Shown here one piece after another: positions 23,381-36,685 of a DNA stretch of 64,000 nt. The stretch covers positions 1 through 64,000 of the forward strand of contig RDEW01000031.1 of NCBI GenBank assembly GCA_011109175.1. Reading direction: 5' to 3'. How positions within the stretch are numbered: the first letter of the stretch is position 1; every line of letters begins with the position of its first letter. The position numbers were made by a program, and so were the translations under genes. The notes below the pieces were generated by a model, which saw only the letters and a list, made by a program, of their open reading frames with translations, searched no databases and was not told the origin of the DNA. Source of the DNA: Dicyema japonicum. Lineage: Eukaryota > Animalia > Dicyemida.

Positions 23381-24137
23381 TGACCTATCTTTCTTGGTGG
23401 TTTTGGATTTAAATTAATAAAAATAAAAAAATAAATATGTTCTCTGAAAGACATAATTCATGGGGTCTGCGACAGTAGGATCTAAATTTACTCTTAGTCT
23501 GTCTACTAAACCTTGTTTACAATTTAAACTTTCAGCGTCAAAGGACTGCTGACGACCTCGATGAACTACGGAGACGTGCGAAGAGAAAAGTTAAATTGAG
23601 AAAGCTGATAGAACGGATAGTGAAGAGCACGGCACAAGCGGAACCCTAAGTATTCATATGCATATGTTTTATTTATTTATTATTCCGGATACACCGAGAA
23701 AGAAGTTAAAGTAAACAACTAATTAAGTGTATCCAGTTTCCACTTCTACAGAAACAAAGTCCATCCGGAATCAACATAAAAGGAAAAAGACGTCCATATG
23801 TGCAGTTGTGGAAACCCCTCCAGTGGAGTGGGGGAGAGCAAATGATCCTTTTTCGTGCCGGCCAGGCACTGGGCGCCATCTAGACAGGTGGATCACATGA
23901 CGCCACTCTAATCGGAAGAGAGAAAAGAAACAGACAAAAAAACATAAAACTTAAACCAATTAGCCACGCACTACATGGTGCCACGCAGCGACAATTTTTT
24001 CTTCCACGGGAATGCACCTAATTAACTTTATCTCACGCTAATTCAGTGAATTAGGAACAGACGAACAAAACAGAAACTTTAATCAATTAGCCACGAAGCA
24101 CCACATAGCGCCACGCGGCTCTAAAGCAAATAAAATA

Positions 24138-25403
24138 CAATAAAGTTTCTCTAATTAGCCAATTCTCAAATTGGCCATTTTATGGCAAAAAATTCACGTC
24201 AGGGGTTCAAAAAAGCAACTTTTCCTAAGAAAATTGGCCAATTCTCAAATTAGCCAACATTATTAAAAAACATAAAATTTATTTTATAAGGCTTAATTGT
24301 TTCTAAAAACTCGAAATTTTAAGTTATAAAGATGAGAATAATATTACACCGTGCCAAACAATCGCTCACAGATTTTCTGTTCTATTTAATATTCGAATTA
24401 AAAAAAACAGTGAGTAATATTCCTTAATTCCCGAGAGTCCATATTAAAAATGCGAATCGTTAAAATTTCCTGAACTTGATACTAAGCTTGGTTTTTAAAT
24501 GCATAAATTACACGGGGAAATGATAACTTACAAACATGATTTAGAAGGATTTGTAGATCACTTTGAAGAAATTTTTAAACCATTATAAAGAAATAAAATT
24601 TACAATATGGACGAGACAGAGCTCTGTTATAAACTGATTCCGTTCAAGAGCATATGCAAAACACGATTTGGTGGATATAAAAATTTCAAAGATCGGGTTT
24701 CAATTATGTTATGTCCAAATATGACTGGAACCCATAAATTAAAGCCAGTAATGATTTCAAAATCTAAAGTACCCAGATGTTTCAAAAATTATAATTATGA
24801 ATGTTCGATAAATTATTATCACTCTAATAGAGCATGTATGACCAGTTTTATTTTTAATCATTAATTAATAAAATTAAATAACGAATTGTTCCAGCACATG
24901 ATCCTTTTTTGTGCCGGCCTGGCATCGGGCGTCACCTAGACAGGTGGATCACATGACGCCACTCTAATAGGAAGGATGAGGAGGAACAGACAAGCAAGCA
25001 GAAAACTTCAACCAATTAACCACGCAGCACCACATGGCGCCACGCAATTTTCCACTGAAAAAAATCCATTGATGAAGACGAAATAATGAATTCTGAAAAA
25101 GAAGACGAAATAATTTACGGAAGTACTAGAACTGAAAACAAAACTGTGATTTCAAATACACTATATCTGATTGAACAAAAAATAATAAATAATATCAAAT
25201 TGAAAATGATGTAAAAATGTTTTCTGCTATTAAAAGATACACTCAAAATAATATTTAAAAATAAAAGAAAGCTTGGGTAAAATAATTATTTTGATAAAAA
25301 ATAATTTTTACTAATGGTTTTTTAAATAAATTTTTTTTCAATTTCCCAAATTGGACAAAAATATTTCAGGAACAATTTTGGGCCAATTTAAGGGACTTTA
25401 CTG
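24138..25403 (+). mobile_element. pogo/Tigger element remnant with nested family-D insertion
   Basis: TA-flanked ends CAATAAAGTTTCTCTAATTAGCC and (rc) CAGTAAAGTCCCTTAAATTGGCC; ORF 24607-24864 MDETELCYK..KDRVSIMLCPN..KLKP. Confidence 0.8.
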
Positions 25404-26111
25404 TATTTAATTTTACATTGGACTGTTAAGTGATTGACAATCTTCTTGTTCTTATATATAATAAATTAATTATAGTTCCATACTTTTGAAAAACGTCTAA
25501 TAAAAAAATAATTGTTTTTTTAAGGATCGTTATTTCTTCTTTGATAGACATTAACTAGAGGTTTTACGTTAACATTCGGTTCTTCCGTACAATTAACGAA
25601 GAACTTGATGATTCTCATTTGGTCTTTGTGAATCAATCAGAAATATTTTACATTGATACTTTTCCTGTAAACAATTGCATATTTAGAAACTAGAGAATCT
25701 AAGATTGTTTCTCAATGCAACTTTGTTTTAATTACTTTTAGGATCTCCGACTTCCGCAAATGGGACCTTTCGAAGAAACAGCTTCATTGAATAACGGAAG
25801 CTAATAATTTTTTGAGGTAATAATTTTTTATTTAGAGCTAATTCACCTGAAACAAGTGAATCACATAGAGTCACAATAATTGACCGAGGGAAGTGAATAA
25901 ACAGTAGCAAAAAGGAAAACATTTTTGACCACGTAACAAGTTTAGGAATTGAACCTAAGGTGCTATTACTTTAACAATTTACATAAAAAGGATGCATGTT
26001 ATTTTAGTAAGTATATGTTTCAGGCGTGTGATACAAAAATCATTCCTCCCCCACTTCATTGAAAATAGCCTTTTAATTTCTAAAACACAAATTTATTCTT
26101 TTATTTAAAAC

Positions 26112-26700
26112 TGTCATCCATCCAAAGTGGACCGCCGACATTATCGACGTTGCGTTGCCTCTCACGATTGCAACGAGATCAACTGGAGTAGGCCACCGGG
26201 TCTCAACGTGCATCGTGGCTTTTTAGTGTAGCTAATCGTCCAAGTTACTTCAGGAAGCGAAGCGATTTTCCACTTATTCCTCCAGTTATAGCCGGGTGGC
26301 ATAGTGGTTCGTGTCGGGTTTAAGTGGCTTAGGCTACGGGTTCGAATCTCGCTGCTGTTCACCTAGTGGAAGGTTCCACGCATCTACGATGCAGAAATGG
26401 TTTGACGAGTGACGCCGTCATCAGTGGAAACTCACTGCGGAACTGGATTGTCTAGAAAGGACACTCACACAAGAAAATTAAAAAAAGAAGTGAAGATCAT
26501 TCCTTGGTTCTACGATTAGTTAAAATTAACTGTTCTTTACTTAAATAAAGTGTGTGTCCTGCCTATGCGGAGCTATAAATACTATGGCTCTCGTGAAAAG
26601 GCTTCATTATTATTATTCCTCCAGTTATCTCAACCACTATCGGATAAAACGCGAATCGGTCGCGTAGCGCTTCGTATTTCTTCTCCTTTGCCCTCATCGT
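26112..26700 (-). mobile_element. CRE-B 3' end split by a SINE
   Basis: Matches 14570-14820 on both sides of the SINE insertion. Confidence 0.85.
26290..26612 (+). mobile_element. tRNA-derived SINE, full length
   Basis: A-box TGGCATAGTGG, B-box GGTTCGAATCT, shared core, (ATT)n tail; 16-bp TSD TTATTCCTCCAGTTAT at 26274-26289 and 26613-26628. Confidence 0.92.
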
Positions 26701-27049
26701 TCATTGAAATATATATTAGAGGTATTTTTCAAATGTAAAAAGTAGACGCTATTTTCCATTTCCTTTGCTACAGAATTCACTTGTGTTTGTTTATTTATTA
26801 GAAAGAGGTCGAGAGTTAATTAACATCTAACCAAAGTATATCCAGTTACCATGGACTGAGTAAGACGTGTCTTTTCCAAGCAACAAGTATCCATGACCTT
26901 TGTTATGGGAACCCCTTCATTAGACTAATGTATCCATATCCTTTGTTATGGAAGCTATCCTTTTTTTCCATCTCCTAAGACAAGTGGATTACATGACGCC
27001 TTCCTGACATAGGACATTTGTCAATTAGTTAGTTCCCCCGACCGATATA

Positions 27050-27360
27050 ATTTAGTCGATATGATTTTATATCGACTAGGGCAACTAGTTGCTTTAAAAC
27101 AAATCCCCTGCTGCTCAACCCCCTTATTCTATAGACGATTCAGAAGCAACCCTCGATAGAGAATGCTGAAAAATTATATCGTAAATCCATTACGGATATT
27201 TTCACCTCTGGGACAGATCAAAGTTCTGACATCTTCTCTAACCAGGACCATCAATGACACTAAAGGACTTGTGGGAGCGCCTAACAGTATCAGCTGGGCG
27301 TTTGATGGCAGTCTGCCTCCTTCATGATAGTGAGGTCGTGCAACTAACTAACTAGGAATT
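27050..27360 (+). mobile_element. LINE 3' end family F
   Basis: DLWERL..; tail ACTAACTAACT; related ends near 52260-52460 and 27020-27045. Confidence 0.55.
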
Positions 27361-27377
27361 TTGTGGAAGAATGTTTA

Positions 27378-28600
27378 TGACTAAATTAAATTTATTGAAC
27401 CAGAAAAACACCTTCATAGCCAGAATGAAAAAATTCAGGTAATCCTTGCTTCCCTCAGCAGTCTTCGGATCTTCTGGTATTTAGACTGTGTTCCGGCACA
27501 TTTGCGATAATGACGGGATTCACGCACATGAATCTTCAGCAACAAAAATTTCCCAGTTGCATTAATCATAGTTTCAAAGCTTCTGAACACAATTTCCTTG
27601 CTAGAAGAATTCCTCAGTAATTTAATCGTTTTTGACTGAATGTTATGGATTTTGGTCAGGTTCGTCTCGAGGGGTTTGTCCCCCAAGCAGAACATGCATA
27701 ACCAATTGTATGTTCAATTTACTGCTTATATAGAGTAACCAATCCATTTAGACCTTTGGAGTCTCATAGATTTCCAAGAAAAGCATTCATTAAGTTACTT
27801 TTCTTCCTACAAACTGTTCCTATTTTTCAATGTCGGTTGAAAAGGTTAAGAAGGTGTTAAAGGTAACTCTGAGGATCTTCAGAGTTTTGTCCATTTAACA
27901 ATAGTCTCGATGCGGAAAATTGATTACTCTGGCGTACTCGCCCCGGCGACCGTTCAAGAAATTCCAACCATAACTTCAGATTAGCGTCATTGTTCGACTT
28001 ATAAATTTTATGGGTGATGATCTTTATCGGAACAGATTCAAATGCCTTTTGGATATCGATTGAGCAGTCAATCGACTTTTCCTATCCAAGTTTTTTGTTT
28101 AGGCCATCTGTTATGAATTTTTTTAATGCATTTACTGTGAGACGGTCGATCGCTCCTCTTTGAAGTCATGTTGAAACCTGCCGTCCGGGAGGGAAGGGCG
28201 GATGAGTTTCGTAACCAGCCTTTCTAGAATTCTTGTCTGGACACAAAAGAAAATTTTCTTTAAGAGCCGCGATCTTCTATGGATTTTCAGGATTGGATGA
28301 ATAATTTTAGGGTTTGTGACTTCATGAATTTGTTAGATCCATCTGGTAATCAAGATTTCCTCATTCTTACTTTCAGCGTTTTTAATAACATCTTCCACGT
28401 CTTGGAAAATTAACTATTTTTGTTCATGATAGTGGATATATGACTCAGTTTCCTTTTTGTAAACATTTCTCTGCATTCAGTGCTCGGATCCTGTTATAGC
28501 GTCTCTTGTTAGATGCGTCTAAGACAATTCATTTCTTTATTAGTTTGATTTTTTATCATCGTATTTCTCTTCTAGAGTTTAGGATTCCTTTTCTGACAAA
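27378..28600 (-). mobile_element. Degenerate LINE RT and 3' end
   Basis: SIDIQKAFESV; 3' terminus matches 1810-1905. Confidence 0.65.
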
Positions 28601-28659
28601 TAAATTCCTTCCCTCGATAATCAAATTATTAAAGTGATAGATGCCCTATCTAGGGAGTT

Positions 28660-29240
28660 AAAATTATTGGTCCTTTCCAGATACCGGTGACAAGGTCTCC
28701 TTCAATTCTTGGGCTAATATTCGACAAGCAATTGAACTTTAACTCACATGCGAAGACAGTCCTCACTAAAGGACTGAGATTTGAATGATATATGTGCGCT
28801 TGTTAGGAAGACTCCTTTAAATTTGGACGCTTCTGTTGGAAAACTCTACCGGCAAACCATCTTCCCGGCTGTGGAGTATGCGTCTGTTGCATAGATATTC
28901 GCGTTATCAGAGACTACGCTTCACATAATCAATTCAATATACCGGAAAACTATATATATGATGGGTCCTCACTCTGGATCAACGGTTAACCCACTACATA
29001 CGGAAGCTGTGACCCTTAGTCGCGGAACCGGATTCCTTCAGGTCTGTAAGGAGGACGGAAACCCGCTTAGCCTGTCCTTTTCCAAGTAAAAGAAGGTCGA
29101 TTGGTTAGGAAGTTCCCCTCCCCAATCGGATTCCTCTGCAGAAATGAAAGAAGGCTCTTTCGCACGGTAGTGAGAACAATAAGAGACCAAAGACGTTGGA
29201 TGGTCGCTTGATTGCGGGAACTGGGATTACTTAACTCTCT
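28660..29240 (+). mobile_element. APE-type LINE 3' part
   Basis: IPVTRSPSILGLIFDKQLNFNSHAK..YRQTIFPAVEYAS; homologous to 53064-53387. Confidence 0.7.
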
Positions 29241-29605
29241 GACGATACTCTGTCTTTCTTTCTCGGTGATCCCGGGGTTCTAAATAAATAAATAAGGGTG
29301 GAAGTTCAATAAGAACAAATCAACGTATATTTTCAAATCCTTTCCAGTCAGCGTTAATATGGTCATAATATATATTTTGTTCGAGTCGATTTAGAACAGT
29401 TGACCTTAATCAAAATGGGGTTATGGTCTCTCCGTAAGTCATGATGAAATTAAATAAGCATTAAAGTTGAATTTTATTAATTTATAAATTATTATTTATT
29501 TAAAAAATATTTATTATTTTATAAATTTAAAAATCTGATTTCTGTACACCTCATCTTGTTTATTGTGTGTCCTCTTGCGTTAGTTGTTTAAATGATTTTT
29601 AGAGT

Positions 29606-29764
29606 ATGCCAAATAAAGCTAAGAACGAGAAAAAGGCAAAAAGGGAATTAAGAAAAGCTTTCAAAAATGACCAAAACAAGTTTAGATATTTGGTGCTTCC
29701 TGTTTTGGCTCTTTTCTTCTTTCTCGCATTTTTTGTGCTATATCTTAAAGTATCAAAGAAATAA
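29606..29764 (+). CDS. SMCO4: SMCO4-like single-pass membrane/coiled-coil micro-protein (52 aa)
   Basis: MPNKAKNEKKAKRELRKAFKNDQNKFRYLVLPVLALFFFLAFFVLYLKVSKK*: basic coiled N-terminus, VLPxLA, then TM, as in SMCO4. Confidence 0.7.
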   Translation: MPNKAKNEKKAKRELRKAFKNDQNKFRYLVLPVLALFFFLAFFVLYLKVSKK

Positions 29765-29789
29765 CATATTAGTGTTTAATTTTTAATAA

Positions 29790-30280
29790 AATTTATTTAT
29801 TTAATCGTCACAAATTGTCATAAGCTTCTGATCATCGGATCTTTGGAGAATTGTCAATACATTTGTCTTACCTCTTCGAGTTTCGAATTAAGCCAATTAT
29901 GTTTTAATTTTTTATCTTCTTAATAATAAATTTTAAATCTCTGCTAATTATTTACTTCCTTGTGGGAAGTTAGTCAGTAATCTGCTAAATTATTTATATT
30001 TTAGCTTCCTCAGAAAATAATCGATTTATAGCATGAGCTTTTACGTCCGAATAATGAATTTTATGTATTTTATTAGATTTTAGGGTAACTCATTTATAAT
30101 CCAATACGAGCTCACTATGAAAATTCTCTTAAAGGATTTTTTAAACATACGAGACATTAAAACTTTCAATTAACGAGACAACGATATTCCATGATCCGTT
30201 CGTCGTAATTAAATTTACTTCCCAAATATATTTGAGTCGAATTTTTAATTAATTGCTAATTTTAGACATTATAATCAATT
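29790..30280 (-). other. Possible unidentified multi-exon gene, not assembled
   Basis: Strong donor/acceptor pair GTAAGA..CAAAG after KKLKHNWLNSKLEE; no complete frame could be built. Confidence 0.2.
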
Positions 30281-30365
30281 CATTTTAGTCAATTGAAAAT
30301 TTCTTAAAAGGAGAAATAAACTTCTCTTAATGAATATATAAAGAAATCTAACGCTTAGAAATTCA

Positions 30366-31838
30366 ATGGATTCGACAACCTGTGTGATAGACGTTGGAAC
30401 AGGGTAAATAAATTTGTACTCATATATTCCATTAAAACTATAAATATTAATAGACGTACCAAAATTGGTTTTGCAGGGACTTCTCATCCTCAATATATAA
30501 TCCCTTCTTATGTTGGTGTTAAAGAAAACGTTAAGGGAAATATCGGAAACAAAATACTTTCTGATTTGGATTATGGAATTGGCGATGAAATATATGGGAA
30601 TGCTGGATTGACACAAAAAGTACCAAGAATATTTTTTACTTAGTCTCCTATGAAAGGTGGTTTAATTTCAGATTTTAACTTATATGAAAAATTAATGAAT
30701 TCTATTATTCATTCTTATTTATCTGTCGATCCATCAAACCATTTCTTTTTCTTGGTATCTTTCTGTAAAAATATGCTATTAGACTGAACCACCACTTAAT
30801 ACTCCTGAAAATCGAGAATTTTTAGCAGAATTGATGTTTGAAAACTTCAGGGTTTCGGGAATGTATATTGGAACTCAGGCAGTTATGGCTTTGGCAGCTT
30901 CCTGGGTAGGAAAACATAAAGAAGATCGTCCAACAACGGGGATCGTTATTGATTCGGGTCACGGACTTACACACATCATTCCAGTCGTACGTAAAAATCA
31001 ATATATTCTATTTGATCACTAAAATTCAAATATCTGAATTTTATCTTTTATAGGTTGATTCATATGCAATTGGAACTGCGATGAAGTATTTACCCATTGC
31101 TGGTCATGATATGGCATTATTTACTCAACAGTTGATTAGAGAAAGAGAATCTGGAATTCCTTCGGAAAATTTTTATGACATTGCCAAGAAAGTTAAGGTA
31201 TTAGGTGTTTTCTACTTCAGGAAGAATATTGTTATTCCTGTAAAAATATTGTTACTGAGTTTGCCAAATTAGAATTAAAGCCAGAAAAAATTATTCGAAC
31301 ATATAACAGCGTAAACCATTTCACGCAAAAACCAATCAAATTTGACATTTCATATGAACGATTTTTAACTCCAGAACTTTTTTTCAGTCCTGATATTTAC
31401 AACCCAGAGCATGCTAAATCATTAGACCAGCTTATCTTGGATTCCGTCTATGATTGTCCAGTTGATGTACGAAGAAGCCTTTTAATGTATTTCCAACGAG
31501 ATAATATATAGAATGTCGTGATGAGTGGAGGTTCGACAGTTTTTCCAAAATTTAGTCGAAGAATAGAGCAGGATCTAAGAAGGATTGCAAATTACAGAGT
31601 CTCTGAAGTATAAAATTTTGCATGAATTATTTAGGGAAAACCTTTGGAAATTAACGTAATTTCTCACTCGAAGCAACAATATGCAGTATATTTTGGTTGC
31701 TCAATGTTAGCAACGATGGTATTTCAAATTTTATTATTTTAGCCTGAATTTATAAGTGTGGTTCATACAAGAGATGCTTATCTAGAACATGGACCATCTA
31801 TTTGCAGATACAATCAGATTTTTGGCGCCTTAGCATAA
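30366..31838 (+). CDS. ACTR3: Actin-related protein 3 (multi-exon, divergent)
   Basis: [45 protein letters not shown]; 23-70-nt introns; one T missing in a homopolymer at ~31482. Confidence 0.92.
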
Positions 31839-32049
31839 TCATTGACTAAAATAATATTGATGGAAAGATTTATTAAAGTTATTTTTTTTTGATACAAAAA
31901 ATGATTAAAAACTTTTAAAACTGGATGAATTTGCAATAGAGTAATTTCCAATAATGACCTCATTCTACTTGGCAGATTGCATGCAGTAGGTGATCCCAAC
32001 AATCCTCTGATTCCTTATTCCTAGAATGGGGTTTTTTCAAGGAAGAAGT

Positions 32050-34195
32050 CCTTATATGAAATAAACATCAAAAATCATGATTTTGACAGTGATTATCTGT
32101 TCGCGAATAGCCATTCATATATCCGCCTGGATAAAGTGTGAGTAGACCGCTGCCATGGCCAGGGAGGAGGATCTATAATGCGATAACTTATCATCCGCAT
32201 ATGTCAGAAGTAGCATATGATTTTTACTGTGATATTGTGCAGAAATAGGTTAAATAGGATAAATAGGTTAATACTGAATATTGCAAAAAAATAGGTTAAA
32301 TAGTTTTAGATAGTTGAAAACCTTGGGTACCCCATTTTGTAATTGGCGAGATCTCCGGCCTTGTTGCAATCTTCATCTATCAAGCGTCAACAAAGTCATC
32401 CTGGAAGCAAGAACAATGGCTGTCCCTAAAAGATATGTCGTTTACACGAGAGAGTACGGAAGGAAGGCTCTGTCAAGGAACGAAACCGTCTCAAAAAAGC
32501 AGGGATCCGTTCTTCCGAAGCAAGGATGTCTAAAATTGCTGAACGAGGAAATAAAAGCCAATGAATTCAAAATACAGAGAGCTAAATGGAAAATGGTCCT
32601 TACTTCATTAAATCGTAACCGGTCAACATCCGAAGTCTGGAAGACAATTCGAAATATCTCGAAGGTGGATGAGAGGACACCCGGAAATTACGAATTCAGC
32701 CAAAAGGACCTAAACGCCCTAATAAAATACTACGCGAAAATCTCTCACAAAAACCACATGAGGACTGACCCACCCAAACCGCGGCTAAGAAAACCGAAAA
32801 GGGATCAATTAACTTATTTCATGGAAAAGGAGGTAATGGCATCCCTAAGCCAAACAAAAGTAACACATTCTCATGGTCCAGACGAAATTCCCATAATCCT
32901 TCTGGAAAACCTAGGAAATGAGGGAATCGGTACCCTGACACAAAATCTACAACTGTTCGATTAATTATAACTCAATCCCAACGATATGGAAACTTGCAAA
33001 CATTCGCCCAGTATTGAACCAGGAAAACCGAAAGAAGACCCAGCTTCCTTCAGGCCTATTTCTCTCTTGTGCTCATGTCAAAAATTCTGGAAAAGCTTAT
33101 CCTCGTAAAAATCACTGAAAGGACTCCCGATAAACCATTCCAGCATGGTTTCAAAAAGGATCGGTCCACAACGAGCTTCCTCACATCCTGACTAACTTTA
33201 TTCGCTCTGGATTTCTGTGCAAGCCAAGACACCAGAAAACTGTGTTATGCTCACTAGACGTTCACAAATCTTTTGACTGTGCCGAGGAAGAACCTAACAT
33301 GGAAAATCTACCAATCAGATATCCCTGAAAACCTCAAACGCTGGCTGATGAACTTCCTTAGCGGACGAAGAGGTAGAGTGTGCATTGGAAATATTCATTC
33401 TGTCTCCCGTTTATTCCCAAATGGAGTACCCCAGGGTTCGCCGCTATCACCATTCCTATTCAACCTGTTTACGGCTGACATTCCGACGCCGAATGGAGAA
33501 GACGACCTGCTTCTGGCTTATGCAGACGATATCGTCTTAGCCTCACGGAATCAGAACACCCAAACAGCGACGGAAAGATTACAACACCACATGGATCGAC
33601 TACTCGAGTGGTTTAATGAAAATCGGATGCAAATCAATACCGAAAAATCTGTTACAACTCTCTATACCTCGGACAAAAGATTGTCGAACAGGACAATAGA
33701 AGTTACTGCGGAGGGAAGAGAATTGCCGTTCAGCAAATGGCAAAAAATATTGGGTCTGACTTTCGATACGCACATGAACTTTTCGAGACATGTCACTAAC
33801 GTGCTGAACAAATGTGAGAAGAAAATCAACCTTCTGAAATGCCTAACAGGTCTATGGAAAATTGGACATCACCCTATACTTAAAACGCACTACTCACAGT
33901 ACATCTAACCATGCATTTCATATGCGTGTACTTCATGGGGACCACTGGCCTCTTATACGAACATCCAGAAAATCTCCGCAACTCAGAAGAGAACCTTCAA
34001 GCTAACGGAGAGATGGTACACAGGGGAAAACATTAAATCACCGACGCCCATGGAGAAACTAATCGAAAAAAACAAGAATGGACACCAATGCCAAAATGAA
34101 AGTGCTCGTCCGCAACGAACTTGTGTAGGCTCAAGGGATCAACATCGAGAAAAAGATTAGAGCTTTGATCCAATTCGTCGGGATCACTTAGTTTT
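32050..34195 (+). mobile_element. APE-type LINE ORF2 (RT), frameshifted, with 3' end
   Basis: SHGPDEI, FRPISLL, QHGFKK, GVPQGSPLSPFLFN, YADD, KILGLTFD; ends GGGATCACTTAGTTT. Confidence 0.9.
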
Positions 34196-34234
34196 TTTCG
34201 GTTTAACAATGGTCTTTAGAATTTTTTTTTCTGT

Positions 34235-34310
34235 TATTCGCGGAAACGCTTACTCCGTGATGTCAGCAGCCGCTCTCCCCCATAGTTAATAAATAATATT
34301 TTATTATTAA
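34235..34310 (+). mobile_element. CRE-C terminal fragment
   Basis: CGCGGAAACGCTTACTCCGTGATGTCAGCAGCCGC plus tail; matches the reverse complement of 15130-15215. Confidence 0.8.
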
Positions 34311-34339
34311 TAAATTTTTGTTCTTTAGAATTGATTTAA

Positions 34340-35190
34340 TTTTATTAATTTACCAACTAACCAGGAAACAACATTTCTTTTTTATGCTGACGATATCATA
34401 CTTGGCTCCCCCTCGATACAAATCGTTGTTTCTATGGTTCTGCAAGAACATATTGATAAAATTTATTTTTGGATGGACCAAAATCTCCTTATCCCTTCAA
34501 TTGAAAAGTCATCAATAATGCTTTCACCACAGATCGTCGTAAATTCAAGTTGGAATGTTATTTCTCAAAAATGTTCTCCTTCCTGTGGTTAAAAACCCTA
34601 AAATATTTGATATTTGATACTTATTTATCTTTTTCAAAAATGTATTATTATGTATGCGAAATTCTCAGTAGAAACTCAACTTACTCTGGACCATTGCAGG
34701 TACGTCATTTGGCCAGAGAAAAAAGAGCTTGACAATTATCTACAGACATTTATCATAACAACGATGAACTATGCTGTTTCTGTCTAGGGTCCCTGTTTAT
34801 TAATAACAAACGTCGAAAAAAATACAAATGATTCAAAACTCTCTCTAAAAATAATTATTGACTGTCTAAAAATGAGAATCAAAAATTCCCACAATTAGGG
34901 ACCATTTCCTGACACTCTGTCTACAATTCTTTGACAAATATAGAACGCCGGGGCATCCAGCTCACAGCCTTTGAGTCTCCACAAGAAAAAGGAGAATTAA
35001 TCCTACCCTTGGTGATCAAATTCGGATTCTACGAACTTATCCCAGAGACTGAACCCTCTCAGTCGCGACAGAAAGCAATCATGACTGGATATTACTAAAG
35101 TCATCAGAAGCATTGTATCAACAAGCTTCTGGGTCGTATTCCACCAGTTGTTGACGGAAGAGAAACTTCTCTAAGATAGTTCGTGTCTAT
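34340..35190 (+). mobile_element. Degenerate LINE RT C-terminus and 3' region
   Basis: FLFYADDII, LKYLIFD, LNLLWTIAGTSFG. Confidence 0.65.
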
Positions 35191-36039
35191 TTGGCGCGCC
35201 TACCTTGTGGTCATCAATGGATTTACAATCATATCTGTACAGGATTTGACAATAATTCTTTCCATTATGTCCATCATTCTTTCTTGACAACCAAGAGACG
35301 ATTCACCTCTTCTCTTGTCCGGGTTCACCTCCGAGTTCTGCACAGAACCAATTATACCTGTCGGATCTCTGGGAGCGTCCGCTTTTGGTTGTAACATTCT
35401 TGTTAGCCACCTGTTCTTTCACTCGAAGGACCGGAGTAATTAAAAAATAAATTTGTAGAAGGAAAAGTGATCTAGATGGGGCCCAGGTTGGGAATATAAT
35501 TAAGTGTCGTCTTGATGAATTGTTTATACTAGGGCTTTTGACATTCTTTTTGTTGGCCATTTGAGTGCCCAGCTAAAATTTGAAGCACGTTTGATTTTCA
35601 TTTGGCTTTAGTGAAATGTTGCCATTCTACTCGTCATATGCCACACGCATAAGTGGTTGAGGGAACCACCAATGTAGTAATCCATCGGGTAGGAGAAGTT
35701 GTTGACTATTTTTAATTCTTTTTGAATTAGATGACACCTCGATGGATAGGAAATTTGTGGAAGAGTATGAATGTGGTAGAATTGCTATTGGTCTGTGGTA
35801 ATAAAATATGAAGATTTCAATTAAGATGAGGACATTCAGTCGACAATAAATTTAAGAAACTCCGTTGGGAAGGTAACAAAAACTGGACAAACTTATTGAT
35901 AAAATAATGACGTCATGATTCACTTCGAGAATTTTGTGTCTTAGAGCAAATATCAAAAGAACCACCTACCTTCTTATCGTTCTTCCAAAGGAGATCTTGA
36001 TAACAATTTTTACACACAAAACTTTCGCTCCGAAAAATC

Positions 36040-36560
36040 TTTTTAACGTCGAGAGATATTGAACTCAGCCAGAACCTTTGAACAAATCGATCACAATTCT
36101 GCAACCCAACATTAATGGAATTACACCAAGCACGCCGAACTAGCTCTATCTGGCTAAAAATTATGATATTTTTTTACAGGAGTTCAGACATCTACCTCTT
36201 CTTAAACAGCAAAATTCATAAATATTCAATGATCGGGCAATTGCTCTCATTGTGGTAGTCTGATCACAATTATTCTTTCTTCTCTCCATTTCACTGACGC
36301 AACCTTGCCGAAATCTACATGAAAATAATATCCATCACTATCGACATAATTTATACTCAATTCCTCTTACTCTCGTGAATATGTACATTCCTCTTAGTCA
36401 TGCTACCAAAATGGCCCAGTCTGGGATTCTTACTCAATTTTAATAACGTTATCTTTGCAGTGACCTTTCTGCTAATGAACCACTTTGGGATTCAACTCAG
36501 CCCTCAAACTCCAGGGGAAGACAAGTAAAGCTGAAAACCGGCATCAACTCATCTCTGATC
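36040..36560 (+). mobile_element. LINE 5' part: decayed 2A-like motif + APE endonuclease
   Basis: SRDIELS(P)EP immediately before ITILQPNINGI; IFLQE; TLVNMYIP. Confidence 0.6.
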
Positions 36561-36685
36561 ACTTGTTAGATGAGTTAAAGTTCTGTGTAACTGCACGAAT
36601 TTATTATAAGATTCAATATGAAATTTAAATTATTTTCTTAATTTATTATCCATATTAATTCTAAAATTTAAATCTTATTTGTGCA

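Noticed and set aside
25540-25920. Possible small multi-exon gene (FRTINEELDDSHLVF.., DLRLPQMGPFEE..)
   Set aside because: Could not assemble a consistent spliced frame or recognise a family; left unresolved.
26291-26365. tRNA gene
   Set aside because: A/B boxes are present but no acceptor or anticodon stems close; it is the SINE head, bounded by TSDs.
30275-30616. Minus-strand 113-aa ORF
   Set aside because: Antisense shadow of ARP3 exons.
35190-35600. Short overlapping ORFs on both strands
   Set aside because: No recognisable motif; likely decayed repeat sequence.
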